From assembly GCF_006345805.1 (NCBI RefSeq), contig NC_043005.1, positions 33,232,001 through 33,296,000 of the forward strand: a stretch of DNA of 64,000 bases, read 5' to 3'. Shown here one piece after another: positions 41,863-54,170 of this stretch (position 1 is the first letter of the stretch; each line of letters begins with the position of its first letter). A program made the translations under genes and the position numbers. The notes below the pieces were generated by a model. The model made no database searches. It had not been told where the DNA came from and was given only the letters and a program-made list of their open reading frames with translations. Origin of the DNA: Octopus sinensis. Its lineage: Eukaryota.

Positions 41863-43187
41863 ATGAAGGAGGAGGTGGAGGAGTGTTTAAAGGAATTGAA
41901 AGATGTGTCATTTTTCAAAAGAGGGAAGACATACGCGTCTGTAGAGATCACATTTGTATCGGAGGAGGCAGCACGGAAATACACCAGTAAGACGTTAACT
42001 GGAGGAAATTGGATACTCTTTCCCAATCAGCTGGATAGACGTCCAACGAGGATTAGGGTGGGTAGGATCCCGCCGGAAATAGAGCCGGTATGGGTAATGG
42101 TAGTAATTTTTTCTGGAACAGAAGTAAGGGCAGTTATGATAACCAGACCTCCAAAGTGCTATGAATGTGGCAATAGAGGTCACATTAGAAGAAGGTGTCC
42201 AGAAATAATAGAAAACATAGAAATCGAAACGCAAGAAGGCGTGATAGAGGAGAGGAAACAGACACAGGAAGAGGAACAGAGAGCTGATTTTGAGGAAGCT
42301 AAGTCAAGGAAGAGAGAATAGATGAGCTCATCGCCGAAAGTTGAACAAGGAAAGAAATATAAATTACAGGATCAAGTGGGATCACCGAGGAAAGAAGATA
42401 AAAGCAGAACATCAAGTGAACATACAGGCTCATAATTGCACAAACAGACAATTATTCACAGACGCATAAACACACACATACATACACACGGAGGCATAGA
42501 AGATAACACAGAGTTTCAGAAAACTAAAAGTACAGAACCTGAAAGTACAGACACACAGGCACAACATGCAGACTTACAGTCACAAAAGCATGCAGACCCG
42601 CAGACAAATAAACACACAGCCATACAGTCACAAAGAAATATAGAACAGACGCATGATAGTACAGGGTCAGAAAAACAAAAAAGAACAGACATACAGACGC
42701 AAGAGGTACACAGGAACGAACAGAATATATTTGATAACATATCGGTCGACACAAAAAATAGAAAGGTAAGTAACTAAAATGAAAGACATTGTTAAAGCGG
42801 ACCTCTCGGAGGGTTACGACAAGGAGACAAGATGAGTTTTAACGGAAAAAGATAAGTATAGAAAGTTAAAAAGTTATATCCAATCAGAAAGTTATATCCT
42901 ATCAGATATAAACCCACTGGGGCCCAAGCTGAATTTCGAACCCAACGCTCCAGTGGTGAACTATGAGGAAATTAAGAACTATATAAAATGGTAAGTAGAG
43001 TTTTATTTTGAAAAGAACTGTTGAAGACTATTGAAAAAATTGAAATAACGTAACCACCCCGGAGCGGGGATGAGGTGGCCGTTCCATCTTCATTGCATAA
43101 TTTCACTATTCCATTCTTTCATGTGTTGATTGTCTCCGCATGAGTGTATTGTCCCATCTATGTTTAGTTCCTTGTGGGTAATAAAAA
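41863..43187 (+). mobile_element. ORF1-only non-autonomous LINE-like element
   Basis: ORF 41863-42321 with CYECGNRGHIRRRC knuckle; low-complexity continuation to about 42777; no APE or RT recognised; ends CTTGTGGGTAATAAAAAAAA. Confidence 0.6.
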
Positions 43188-43664
43188 AAATCAGTTACAG
43201 GATTTACTTATTTTCCATTTTTTTAAACAAAAAGTGTAACCAAATGCTTTTCTCAGTCTTCCACAATCTATAAATAAATCCGAACGTGTTTTTGCTTCGC
43301 CGCGTTTTTTTTTTTTTTTAGTTGTTTTGTGCTGCTTTGCAGCAGTTTTTTAACAGTGTGGATGCGCGCGCACGTGTGTGTGTGAATTAACACATATACC
43401 TAATCTTCATAGCATTAATTTAGAGGTATGAAATATTGTTATTAGCCCAAATTCACTTACAATATCTCACATAAACCTAAAAAGATCACAAGCCAAGTAA
43501 TCGACCGCATTATCCCAGAACTTTAAAGGAAAATAGAACTCAGCTTCCGGTCAAACTCTTCCGAAGTAATCGATTGGCTTAGAAAGTTAAACAATGAAGT
43601 GCTTACTAAATTCTTACAAATAGATATCTCCGACGGTTACTCTTCTTGTTTTTTTTTTTACTCT

Positions 43665-44025
43665 AGATACAAGGCTCGAAATTTTGAGGAAGGTACGAAA
43701 CTGGTTCTTAATCTATCGACCACGAAAGGATGAAAGGCAAAGCTGACCTCGGCGGAATTTGAACTCAGGACGTAAAGACAGACGAAATACCTATTACTAT
43801 TTCTTTACTACCCACAAGGGGCTAAATACAGAGGAGACAAACAAGGACAGACAAACGGATTAAGTCGATTATATCGACCTCAGTGCTTAACTGGTATTTA
43901 ATTTATCGACCCCGAAAAGATGAAAGGCAAAGTCGACCTCGGCGGAATTTGAACTCAGAACGTAAAGACAGACGAAATACCGCTAAGCATTTCACTCGGC
44001 GTGCTAACGTTTCTTCCAGCTCAGC
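43665..44025 (-). mobile_element. tRNA-headed SINE (family 1): young copy joined to a second partial copy
   Basis: Head GCTG.AAGAAACGTTAGCACGCCG, B box GAGTTCAAATTCC; the block GACCTCGGCGGAATTTGAACTCAG.ACGTAAAGACAGACGAAATACC occurs twice (about 43746 and 43935). Confidence 0.9.
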
Positions 44026-44119
44026 AAAGCTCTTATTCTAGCAATGAAAAATCCTCACTATCTTGACAAGGCATCGATAAAATATTAGTGGTTAAGAAAA
44101 TGATTATTGAATTTAAGGA

Positions 44120-45810
44120 TAATACTGAGCTATAAAAGATAGGCTTAAAAAGTTTGATATAACCATAGGATCGATTGACTCAGCACAAGTCACTGATCGA
44201 ATTGTTTTTTTACATTTTACACCGTATCAAAAAGGAGTTTTCGGAAATGGAGGTCTTTATAAATCGATGCTCTGTTCACTTTCTATAAACATAGTAATGT
44301 AGTACTAGAGAGAAATAAGGAAAAAAAACTTGGAAATTTTTTTAAGTTTGAGAACTTACTATTTCTTTAGAGCAGAACGGTTAAATAACGAGCTTTCTGG
44401 AAATAACATTGGAGCTTGGTAATGGACTTTATCGTCCTTTCCACAATCCCAATAAAAACTTACAATACGTAAATAAAATCTCCAGCCATCCCAGAGCTGT
44501 GATCAAAACTATTATTAGTAAAGTTTCATTTGGAATATCTAAGCTATCAGCTAATGAGATTTTCTTATGGAATAGGGAATATTATAATACCGCTTCAGCT
44601 CGGGCAAGATATATGAGAATATCTTATATATTTCCGAAGGAGATATAGAGAAAATACCTAAAGGCAGTGGAATACATTCACAAAAGATATATATGATAAA
44701 CATCATAATAATATGAACTAATATTATCATATTTAACATGGCAATAGGATTGCTTATAACATTGATAATGGCAGAAGTAATAAGAAAAAAACTGTTTTCA
44801 TAACAAGTTGCAGCAATTACCTCCTAATTAAAACAATGAATTGTTTAAATAATTGTATTGTTTCTCGTGAACTCCCTGGTAAATATCTGGATAATTCGGA
44901 GATTGGACCCTAATTAGGCATACACAGAAAAGGACTAAGCATAGTAATAAATATTTTAACTCTGAGAAGAACCGTAATACTTCATACTACCGTGAAGGAA
45001 TTAATATACATACGAACAACTATGCCAATACAAATTATGGAAACAAAATCTATAGAGCTAAATTACGTAATATTTCTGTATTACATATGATGCTTCTTAC
45101 CGAATTCAGGTCGCCACGGGCATCCCAGGAGTCTCTTTTAAAGTATTAGACAAATATTTTCCCCTCTGGCAGATATAGCAAGATATTCAATAGACATACA
45201 TAAAGTTTACATATTCCACTACACCTAATTTAGCAGATACTATAACAGTTATTAACAGTAAGAAACTGAATAATATTAAAAATAGCGAACGTATATGTAT
45301 TTATTTAGTCTGTATAAAGCATTTTGTTACAAATAATACACATCTGTCATGTACAAAAAAATGATGATGACAATAATAATATCGTCTTAGAAAGAGCATT
45401 GAAGCTAATGGAATATATAAGGCTTCTTATGATTACATACGTAATAGAATGTGCAACTTCAGAGACCGTGATAAATACTCTTAAAATAACCAATGTCTGA
45501 AGAATAATTTGATATATAAGCGCTTTGCTAAAATGCCTGATAATTTTCTTTCTTACACAGGAACCACAGCTTCCACATTTAAAATGGAATACATAACCAT
45601 GTTCAATTTTTAGATTCAAAATGAAATAAAATCTACTTCGCTAACTAATTTCATCTGGGAACTCAAGGAGAGACACATACACCACCTTATTTCGCAGTCT
45701 ATTATAGGTAGAGCTCTTCCATACAGAGTAGCTGTAATTTGTGCTCTGCAGAGACGTTAGAAAACCGCAATTCAAAATCTAATCCAATTAATAAACGTAA
45801 TGAATTATTA
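44120..45810 (+). mobile_element. Decayed PLE, Naiad-like (RT + C-terminal GIY-YIG)
   Basis: FDITIGSIDSAQVTD (cf. FDVTMGSFDGAE), GLYRPFHNPNKNLQYVNKISSHPRAVIK, YTGTTASTFK, STSLTNFIWELK, NKRNEL. Clade assignment is from motif recall. Confidence 0.7.
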
Positions 45811-45899
45811 ATCTACCTTTCACTTTTTTTAATTTTCCACATAAAAATTCTACATAACTTATTTATATCCAATTAAGATTAACGTTTGTGTTCTCATCT

Positions 45900-46200
45900 T
45901 ATGAATTCTTTCACTACCACTCCACCACATAACATGCTCCTGTACTTTCAAGATGTTGCAGCAATGGTGGCAAATTGCAACAAGCCTGACCTTTTTCTAA
46001 CGTACATATTTTATTCCGAATAATCGAAAATTGTAAACAATTTTCAAAGAAATAGAGCGGTGGAAAACCGTCCATGCTTAAAAGTATATAACTGAAATAC
46101 TGAAGAATTAAAGAAGTAGCATATCTTTGGTCCTTTTAATTTTATGACGTCTACATAATAAAATTTCAGAAGCATGTTTTTTTTTCCATATGCATAAGCT
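45900..46200 (+). pseudogene. Helitron Rep domain fragment
   Basis: QDVAAMVANCNKPDLFLT, NRP, IFG and YIIKFQK track the Rep motifs DAMA.V...GKPDLF.T, DRPD and Y..EFQKRG. Confidence 0.65.
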
Positions 46201-47009
46201 AGTTCTGGAGATCATCTTCCCGGCGAATGTAAATGCCTCTTCAAAAATTGGGAAGAGGGTAACATCTATCGAGAACTGTTAAGAAAACAACAGCTCTTAT
46301 ATTAAGGCTATAGATTTTCATTTGTTTCTATTATCATCGGTATTCTGGGTTACGTAATAACTTTGCTTCTCCAAAAAGGAACAGAGACTGATTCGCATTC
46401 TCCAGATACAGTGAAACGATGAACATTTGTAAATCAGCTCAGAGATTTTCCATTTGAGGTTCCTGGAGGAGCAAATATACACAATCGCAAATATATATGA
46501 AACATATATGCACATATAAACATAATAATGAAACACACGCATGTATTCTATCATGACACAACCGCGAGAGCAAGTTTACCCACACGTACATACATATGCA
46601 CAACACATACGCACACACACACAAATACACACACGCACATGCGCGCGTACATACAAATATGCATATATCAAACAGTTCAAATAACCACAATCCCCATGAC
46701 CTGTCTTGAAAAGATCCATGTCATTTTGTTAGGGACTGGCTTGAATTATGCACAGGAAAAAGTAAAACTAACGCTAAATCCTAAAGGATACATACATACA
46801 TACATACATACATACATACATACGTACGTACGTACGTACGTACATACATACATACATACATACATACATACATACGTACATACATACATACATACATACG
46901 TACGTACATACATACATACATACATACATACATACATACATACATACATACATACATACATACATACATACATACATACGTACGTACATACATACATAGA
47001 CCTGACATA

Positions 47010-47525
47010 ATAACATGGGAGCGAGAAGAGAAACTGTGTACAGTTGTGGAAATCAGCTGCCCAGCAGATGTTAATGTAAAGCTAAAGATCAGCGAAAAAG
47101 AAAATACCTATGCTGAACTTTTGAGGAATCTACAGCTACTTTATCCAGATTACAAGTTCAGGTTTATACCTTTAATTATTGGGGCATTGCCTAAATACCA
47201 ATCTTGAGAAATTAGTCTCCTCAAAGCCAGAAAAGAGAAAGCTCATTCGAAGACTACAGATCCCAGTCATCACTGGAACTGTAAAAATCTGCAAAACTTT
47301 CCAGAAGTTTATCATTTAAGTAAACATGAATATGTCTAGACATGCAACTATATGCATGAGAATATATACATAAAAGAAAACATATAAATCTGCACATGTA
47401 CATACATACAAAAATACCCTGTTGATGTTGAAATTCCAATGAAAGCACTTTGGATCTAGGTTAGAAACGGCTTTTTCTCTATTGACAAGAAATCTTGAAA
47501 TAAAAGTGAATAATGACATACATAA
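47010..47525 (+). mobile_element. RLE retrotransposon 3-prime fragment, family B, copy 2
   Basis: WEREEKLCTVVEISCPADVNVKLKISEKENTYAELLRNLQLLYPDYKFRFIPLIIGAL...IPVITGTVKICKTFQKF* plus UTR; starts just after (CATA)n and ends in GACATACATA. Confidence 0.8.
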
Positions 47526-47559
47526 AAATATTTGTCAAACATCAAAACATCAGATTGGA

Positions 47560-49300
47560 TATCGTTGAATAGGACAGACAAGAAAAAGTACGTACTGTCA
47601 TAGATGTCAGTTGTCCTGCTGATGTGAATATCTCTTTGAAAATCAAAGAGAAAAAAGATAACTATGAACAAACTGCTTCGAAACCTCCAGCTTCTATCAG
47701 GTCATCCCATAAGTTCTGTCCGATTTTATCTTTTTTAAAATTGAATGAAATTTGATAGTATTTTAGAATATCTAATGGAATTTAAAATAATTTTTATGCA
47801 TTTGTGTACATTTAAACTAATTAGATATTATTTTACAGAATAATAGAATTAAAATTTCTTTCGTTAAAACCCTTTCTAACATGGAAGTATCTAAAGAGCA
47901 TTTGAGGCACATAATGCTTTATGAGTACAAAAAAGGGAACTCTGCAGCCTAAGCGACTCGAAACATACACTCAGTTTATGGGAAAGAATGCTCGAATGAA
48001 AGAACTTGCAGAAGATGGTTTGCAAAATTCAGAAGTGGAGATTTCAGTCTTGAAGATGAAGATCGAACAGGACATCCAGTTGAGTTTGGTGATAAGCTCC
48101 TTGAGGCATTACTTGAAGAAAATCCTGCATTATCAGTTGAAGAATTGGCAATAAAGCTTAGTTAAAACCATACAACTGTTCATCGTCATCTTCAACAACA
48201 TGGAAAGGTTCCTAAACTTGGAAAATGGATGCCTCATGAATTGTCCGAAAGCAACCTCAAATCCCGAGTTGACATCTGCTCTTCTCTCCATTCTTGCGAA
48301 CTTATTTCACTCTTTTTGGATAGACTTGTGACTGGTGACGAAAAATGGATCTTCTACCGAAATGTTAGACGTCGTAAACAGTGGCTTGGTAAAAGGGAAA
48401 AAGCTCAACCACAACCGAGAAGGGAATTTCATGGGAAAAAGACTCTTCTCTCTATTTGATGGGATTGCAAAGGAGTAATTCACTTTGAATTGTTACCACC
48501 TAATGCAGCAATCAATGCTCAAGTCTACTGTCAGCAATTAGAGCGTTTGAACCAAGCTTTGAAGAAAAAAAGACCCTCTTTAGTGAATCGAAAAGGAGTG
48601 ATGTTGCATCAGGACAATGCGCGACCCCACACTGCACAAATTACATCACAGAAGATCGAAGAGCTTTGTCAGGAAAAATTCCTCATCTACCTTGTTCTCC
48701 CGACCTTGCTCCTTCAGACTACCATTTGTTTCGTAGTTTACAGAATCATTTGGGGGACATAACTTTTGCAAGCCAGGAGGAGGTCGAAACTGACATTTCA
48801 GAGTTCTTTGCTTTGAAACCAAAAGAGTCTTACATTGATGGGATTAAAAAGCTTGTAAATAGATGGAAGGAAGTCATAGATAATCAGGGAAAGTACATTG
48901 ATGACTAAATTTCAATTGAATATAGCATTTGATCACTTATTTTCTTTATTCAAAATTCGGACAGAACTTATGGGATGACCTGATATATCCAGATTATAAA
49001 TTTACATTTATACCAATAATGATTGGTGTACATGGTTTTGTGAGTAAATGCCTAAGTGACAATCTGGATAATCTAGAGTTTACAGAAAAAGAAATCAACC
49101 AACTCGCGTATTACAAATATAGTCTGAGAATGTAACAGTAAAAATATGCAAGACTTTACCCAGTTTAAAATGTGACATCGTTTTTGTCATCTATATTTTA
49201 ATGATGGAATTTTGTATCTTTGTTAGAAACCAGGAGCTGGTTTCTAACAAAGATACAAAATTCCCCAGAGAAAGAATTTAGATAATTAAAAACAAAAGAG
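47560..49300 (+). mobile_element. RLE family B copy 3, interrupted by a mariner
   Basis: 47570-47696 (IDVSCPADVNISLKIKEKKDNY...LQLL) rejoins 48986 onward (YPDYKFTFIPIMIG) once the mariner is removed; followed by (CATA)n at 49300-49386. Confidence 0.75.
47697..48983 (+). mobile_element. Full-length mariner transposon (1287 bp), transposase disabled
   Basis: Perfect 27-bp TIRs TCAGGTCATCCCATAAGTTCTGTCCGA; TA duplications at 47695-47696 and 48984-48985; transposase 47881-48908 with WMPHEL, GDEKW, HQDNARPH and SPDLAPSDYHLF, plus several stops and frameshifts. Confidence 0.95.
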
Positions 49301-49659
49301 AACATGCATACATACATACATACATACATACATACATACATACATACATACATACATACATACATACATACATACATACATACATACGTTTTTTAGATTG
49401 ACAGACAGACAGATAGAGAAACGGCGAAGAAAAGGGATAAAATACAATAGTGACAAAGAAGGAGGCGTAGAAGGCTAAGACGTGGAAAAAGAATGCAAAG
49501 TCACTACACTAAGAAACAAATTCCGAAATAACAGAGACAAGGAATTGTTTAAAATGACTGAGAAGTTATGAAAGCGAAATATATTTTCCGTTTTGTGACT
49601 TATCTCGTCTAATTTTGCAGTCGTTTGTTTTCTTCCTTTTGTTGTGTTTTATTTTCAAC

Positions 49660-49900
49660 AAGCAGTAATACTCATCGTTAATGGGATAATTACTTTTACT
49701 CTTTCTCGGGAGCCACATTCAAAGTGAATATATAGAGAGATTTACTTACGCCACCTGTATGTGTGTATTTTATAAGAAAAACAAACTTAATAATTGAAGT
49801 AGAAAAATGAACAATTATATACACCAACATCTCTTTGTTTATGATACGACAATAATAAGTGAGATGTATGTGTTATTTTATATATCAATACAGTAATGGT
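49660..49900 (-). mobile_element. 3-prime fragment of the same Helitron family as 7316-9107
   Basis: TAATTACTTTTACT.TTTCTCGG.AGCCACATTCAAA and the AATTGAAGTAGAAAAA block match 7345-7560. Confidence 0.65.
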
Positions 49901-49902
49901 AA

Positions 49903-50028
49903 TTCACAAGGCTTTGGTCAGCACGGAGCTGTAATGAAAGAGAATTGCCCAACGTGCCGCACAGTGGGACTAAACTCAATACGACATGGTTGGAACGCAA
50001 AGCTTCTCAACCACACAGCCACGCCTAT
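49903..50028 (-). mobile_element. Degenerate family 2 SINE head
   Basis: TCACAAGGCTTTGGTC...TTGCCCAA.GTGCC.CACAGTGGGACT...ACCACACAGCCACGCC. Confidence 0.6.
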
Positions 50029-50156
50029 AAAGGAGAGATACATTTTGGATAATATACTCCTTGATACAATATGCTTAACAAAAAGATGGGATGTTTATGG
50101 CGATAAGACCTTTGATTTTAATATTTACTCGAGCAACGCAACAGCACTACATCATA

Positions 50157-50450
50157 CAGGGTGTTCCAGAATTAACTATCTGTTTCAATGAAATTGACAG
50201 AATTGTATATTACCAAAACGAATACATTTATAAATCTTACGTCAAACTTTTATTGAAAATTTTCAACATGTCTGTATCCCTGCATACTTCAAATCTCTCC
50301 TTAGCGTTGTGAAACACCTTTTGAAGCATTTCAGGAGTTAGTTCCTGCACTGCTAAATGAATGTGTTCTTTAAGTTCAGCTAAACGATCGCTCCATCTTG
50401 AGGATGGAGGTAAAGAAAAGGATTGCTACCAAATTGAAAAAAAGCTGTCA
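50157..50450 (-). mobile_element. Right end of a Tc1/mariner-superfamily element
   Basis: TA plus CAGGGTGTTCC TIR; the minus strand reads ELKEHIHLAVQELTPEMLQKVFHNAKERFEVCRDT, like a transposase C-terminus. Confidence 0.55.
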
Positions 50451-51134
50451 TGGACAAATAAGAGGGGTCCAACAGGAATGACAACAATATTATAAACAAA
50501 ATTCAAAATTTATACACCCGGTTTCACTCAAACCATCATTAATTCTGAGGGAGGAACGCAAGTGGGGTACTAATTGCAGGTGGTGAACGTAGCTTCTGGA
50601 AGTGGTCACGTGGTAAACTCAAATGGCAGTGAATCACAACAGTAGTTTGTTTTTTGTATGAACATTTTGCATTATATAGTTAAGACATGGATGACATAGA
50701 AAGCAGACATGCTTCCAGGCCATGCTGCGTTGCGCAGGATTGGAAACGTGAAACATTAATGGGGCACTTCTGGAGAATGGATGAATGGATTTTTGTGCCT
50801 TTACCCAGCCGCACACACACACGCACATGGCCCGGTGGTGCGCAGGAAGGTAACATTTTAATGCTCTCCTCATTTCCTCAGTCAAATTGAACAAAAAGGT
50901 TTTCATGAAATATTATACGCTACTTATAATGCATAAGTAATGTCAATATTTTATCGTCGGAAAATGGCCTAAAACAAAGATAACAGCCAGTGCAATATAC
51001 TCAAATCTGATTAATCTGCATTTGGGGTGGGGGGCCATAGTCGGCGTTGGAAATTTCTTTGGTCAACAGCAATTCAAGGAGCCTGGTTAATGTTTGTTGC
51101 AAATTTGGAGGAAAGCGACTCTTCAAGTTATGGA

Positions 51135-51350
51135 CCTTAACACTTCAAAACTGCTTTTAAATGCAGTTTATCTGCCTCTGGGCCTGCATTAGGCAAGGAG
51201 TTGAACATTTTCTTGTTTTTGGCCCATGATACCCCATGGACCCTATGTAATGCATGAGTAAAATTCCATAAAAATCGGTTGGGTGATTCTCGAGTTTTAA
51301 CGACATGACATACATACAGACAGACACACATCCTGTGTTTTATATATATA
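51135..51350 (-). mobile_element. Probable 5-prime part of another non-autonomous Helitron
   Basis: Minus strand TATATATATAAAACACAGGATGTGTGTCTGTCTGTATGT...CTCGAGAATCACCCAACCGATTTTTATGGAATTT resembles Helitron-N 5-prime ends; no 3-prime end found. Confidence 0.5.
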
Positions 51351-51747
51351 CTAGCAGTATCGCCCGGCGTTGCTCGGGTTTGTCAGGAAAATAACTATAT
51401 AAGCATTTTTAGAGAGTTATAGCCAAAAAATAGCAAAAAAATGCATTAAAAATGGGAAAAAAATTATGGTAATTTTTTTTTTAAATCGTTGACTCATCGT
51501 AGACATGTTTAGAGAGTTACTTCCTTTATATAATAGCGAAAAAATGCATTAAAATGGAAAAAAATGATAGTAAACTTTTTTTTAAATCGTAGACTCATCG
51601 TAGACGGGCGCTAATACCCAGAAGGGCTCGATATGAATCACGACTATAAGATACCCGGTTTTGGTTAAACTGCACCGCAAAATGTGGGAGTAGTTAGGAA
51701 TCTAAATTGTAGGAGACAGACACACAACTTGACTTTTATATATAAAG

Positions 51748-51748
<1 letters not shown>
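51351..51748 (-). mobile_element. Complete non-autonomous Helitron (398 bp)
   Basis: A^TCTTTATATATAAAAG start at 51748; hairpin CCCGAGCAACGCCGGG, 8-nt spacer, CTAG^T end at 51351; no target duplication. Confidence 0.85.
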
Positions 51749-51841
<93 letters not shown>

Positions 51842-52874
51842 TTTTGATGGTGAGGAGATGTAGATGTTTTGTGACTGATTAACTCGCTGGAAGAAATCAT
51901 CTTACTATACTATATACTTCATACTAATAATAAAAGCGAATTTTTGTGCTTCTGAATGCATAGCTTCCTGGCTTATAGGCTCATCCTTCTACAGAATCGA
52001 TCCCTACAAATGGAGCAAGTTTCGGGTCATGGAAACCCTGGAAATGTTTTCATACTACTTTGGCCCACCTACTCATGGCGCAAATTCGGATCACCCTGCA
52101 TCTCCTTTAGTCCTAATGAACATCAAAATGTAAACTAAGACGTAAAACAAAGTAGAAGTGTAAAGAACAAACAAATTGGATATTGGTAGGAGAATTTAAT
52201 CTATTCAGAAATTAAATGAAAAGCAGTCAGAATAATCAGCATAATTGGAACCCCTTTAATTTCTATATATTTCGGCAGTCAAACACTCTTCATGTTGATT
52301 TGATATAAGATGTCTCTTTATCGCAATCTTGTTGTTGATCAAATCCTTTCCTCTCCTGACGAAATCCAGAGAACAAGAAGTGATCGTCAGTTTCTTCATA
52401 TTAAGTCCTTTCTCCAACAGGAAAAACTGTATTAAATGTATAGATGTCCGTTGGGGGGATTATACCGGTAATTCAAATGGTAATACAGCCTTGTTACACA
52501 TTGTGTCATAATGATTCTACCCGAGGATTATGCTATGGGTACATGTGTGTCTGAGGAGTACGCAACCACTTACATGTTAATTCAGGTGCAGGTAATTCAG
52601 TTGATTGAACAATTGGAATTCTCATCGTCGAAAGGCGGAGATCCACTGCCACCCACCACCCACCACCACCATCACTAATATCGTGTTTCAATGTCTACTG
52701 ACTTGTTTCTAAACTAAGTACTGTAAAATATTAGGATGGATATTAGTTCAATGGCTGAAACAAACCACAGAATTAAAGAACACAAATGATGATATTTCTA
52801 GAAGTGCATGTTCAGCTTTTAAATGCCAGTTCTCAGTTATAGTTAACAAGTATTAGTGGTTGAAGATACAGAGT

Positions 52875-52906
<32 letters not shown>

Positions 52907-53530
52907 GTATTGGTAAGATCTCTCATTTCCTGGTGTTAGTGAATTTGTTATTACATGAAATTACAATCAGTTCCACTCGGATTCATAATCTACTTTTATT
53001 GTTTCTTTGAATTTATACAACACAAATTGTACAGTAAAATAAGCTTCTTTTAGATCTTGCAATGATATATTCTATCGTATTAACTGCCGCTTGCCTTCTG
53101 CTTATGTTACTATTGGGAAGAAGAAACATTTATTTAAAGAATTTTCACGGTTCCTAATTTATGGATTTATTAACTTTAACAAGACGCAAACTTGGCAAAC
53201 CTGCAAACTGTTAACTCGGGGAAACTCACAAAATTAGTGTCGAATTTTATCATCGGCTCCAAGAAATGAAGAATTCTGAATTCCCTATCATTCGGTCTTC
53301 ATATTTTATACACCTCATGGGGATTGCTATGTTATTACTGCTAATGTTACTGCTGTCTTCAGTTTGGTTTGTTTTTATGTTGTTTATGTGTAAAACGGGA
53401 AATAAAGCTGCATTTATCAGAGATTAGATTTTTGTGAGAACATATACATACACACATATACAAACACATAAACATACAAGCATATACATATATATCTATA
53501 CATACACAGATATGTATTTTGTATACATAC

Positions 53531-53585
<55 letters not shown>

Positions 53586-53598
53586 ATATAATATATAT

Positions 53599-53650
<52 letters not shown>

Positions 53651-53877
53651 GCTTAGGCTTTATCTTTATGGTTTTTGACGTTTGAAATGGCACCCGTTCT
53701 AAAAGATAGTCGGCTTCTTTGAATTTAATTGATATCGTAAGAAGATAGGAACAGCTTGTTTTAAAAGAACATGGTTTCGCTACGTCACGGATGAGTAACC
53801 GGTTCGACTTCATTGATGGAACACGTCCATTTTGGAAAATACAGAAATAAATTTGAAAAACATATTTCCTCAAATAG

Positions 53878-54170
53878 TTTAGTAGTAGTAGTAGTTAGTA
53901 GTAGTAGTAGTTAGTAGTAGTAGTAGTAGTAGTAGTAGGAGGAGGAGGAGGAGGAGGAGGTGAAGAAGAAGAAGGAGGGGAGGGGAGGTGAAGAAGAAGA
54001 AGAAGAAGAAGAAGAAGTCTTTGTAACACTTGTAAATCACGGTCTGTCAGTTTGAACCTACTTGTTATGTTATTTACTGGTCTCTTACTACTACTGCTAC
54101 TGCTATTACTACTACTACAACTACTACGATGATGACGAATACAACGACGACTATTACTACTACTACAACT
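53878..54170. repeat. Compound (AGT)n/(GGA)n/(GAA)n and (CTA)n low-complexity tracts
   Basis: Read directly. Confidence 0.9.

Noticed and set aside
46314-46422. Possible terminal exon encoding a hydrophobic helix (FSFVSIIIGILGYVITLLLQKGTETDSHSPDTVKR*) after an AG
   Set aside because: Weak polypyrimidine tract, no recognisable homology and no partner exons; such a short frame is expected by chance.
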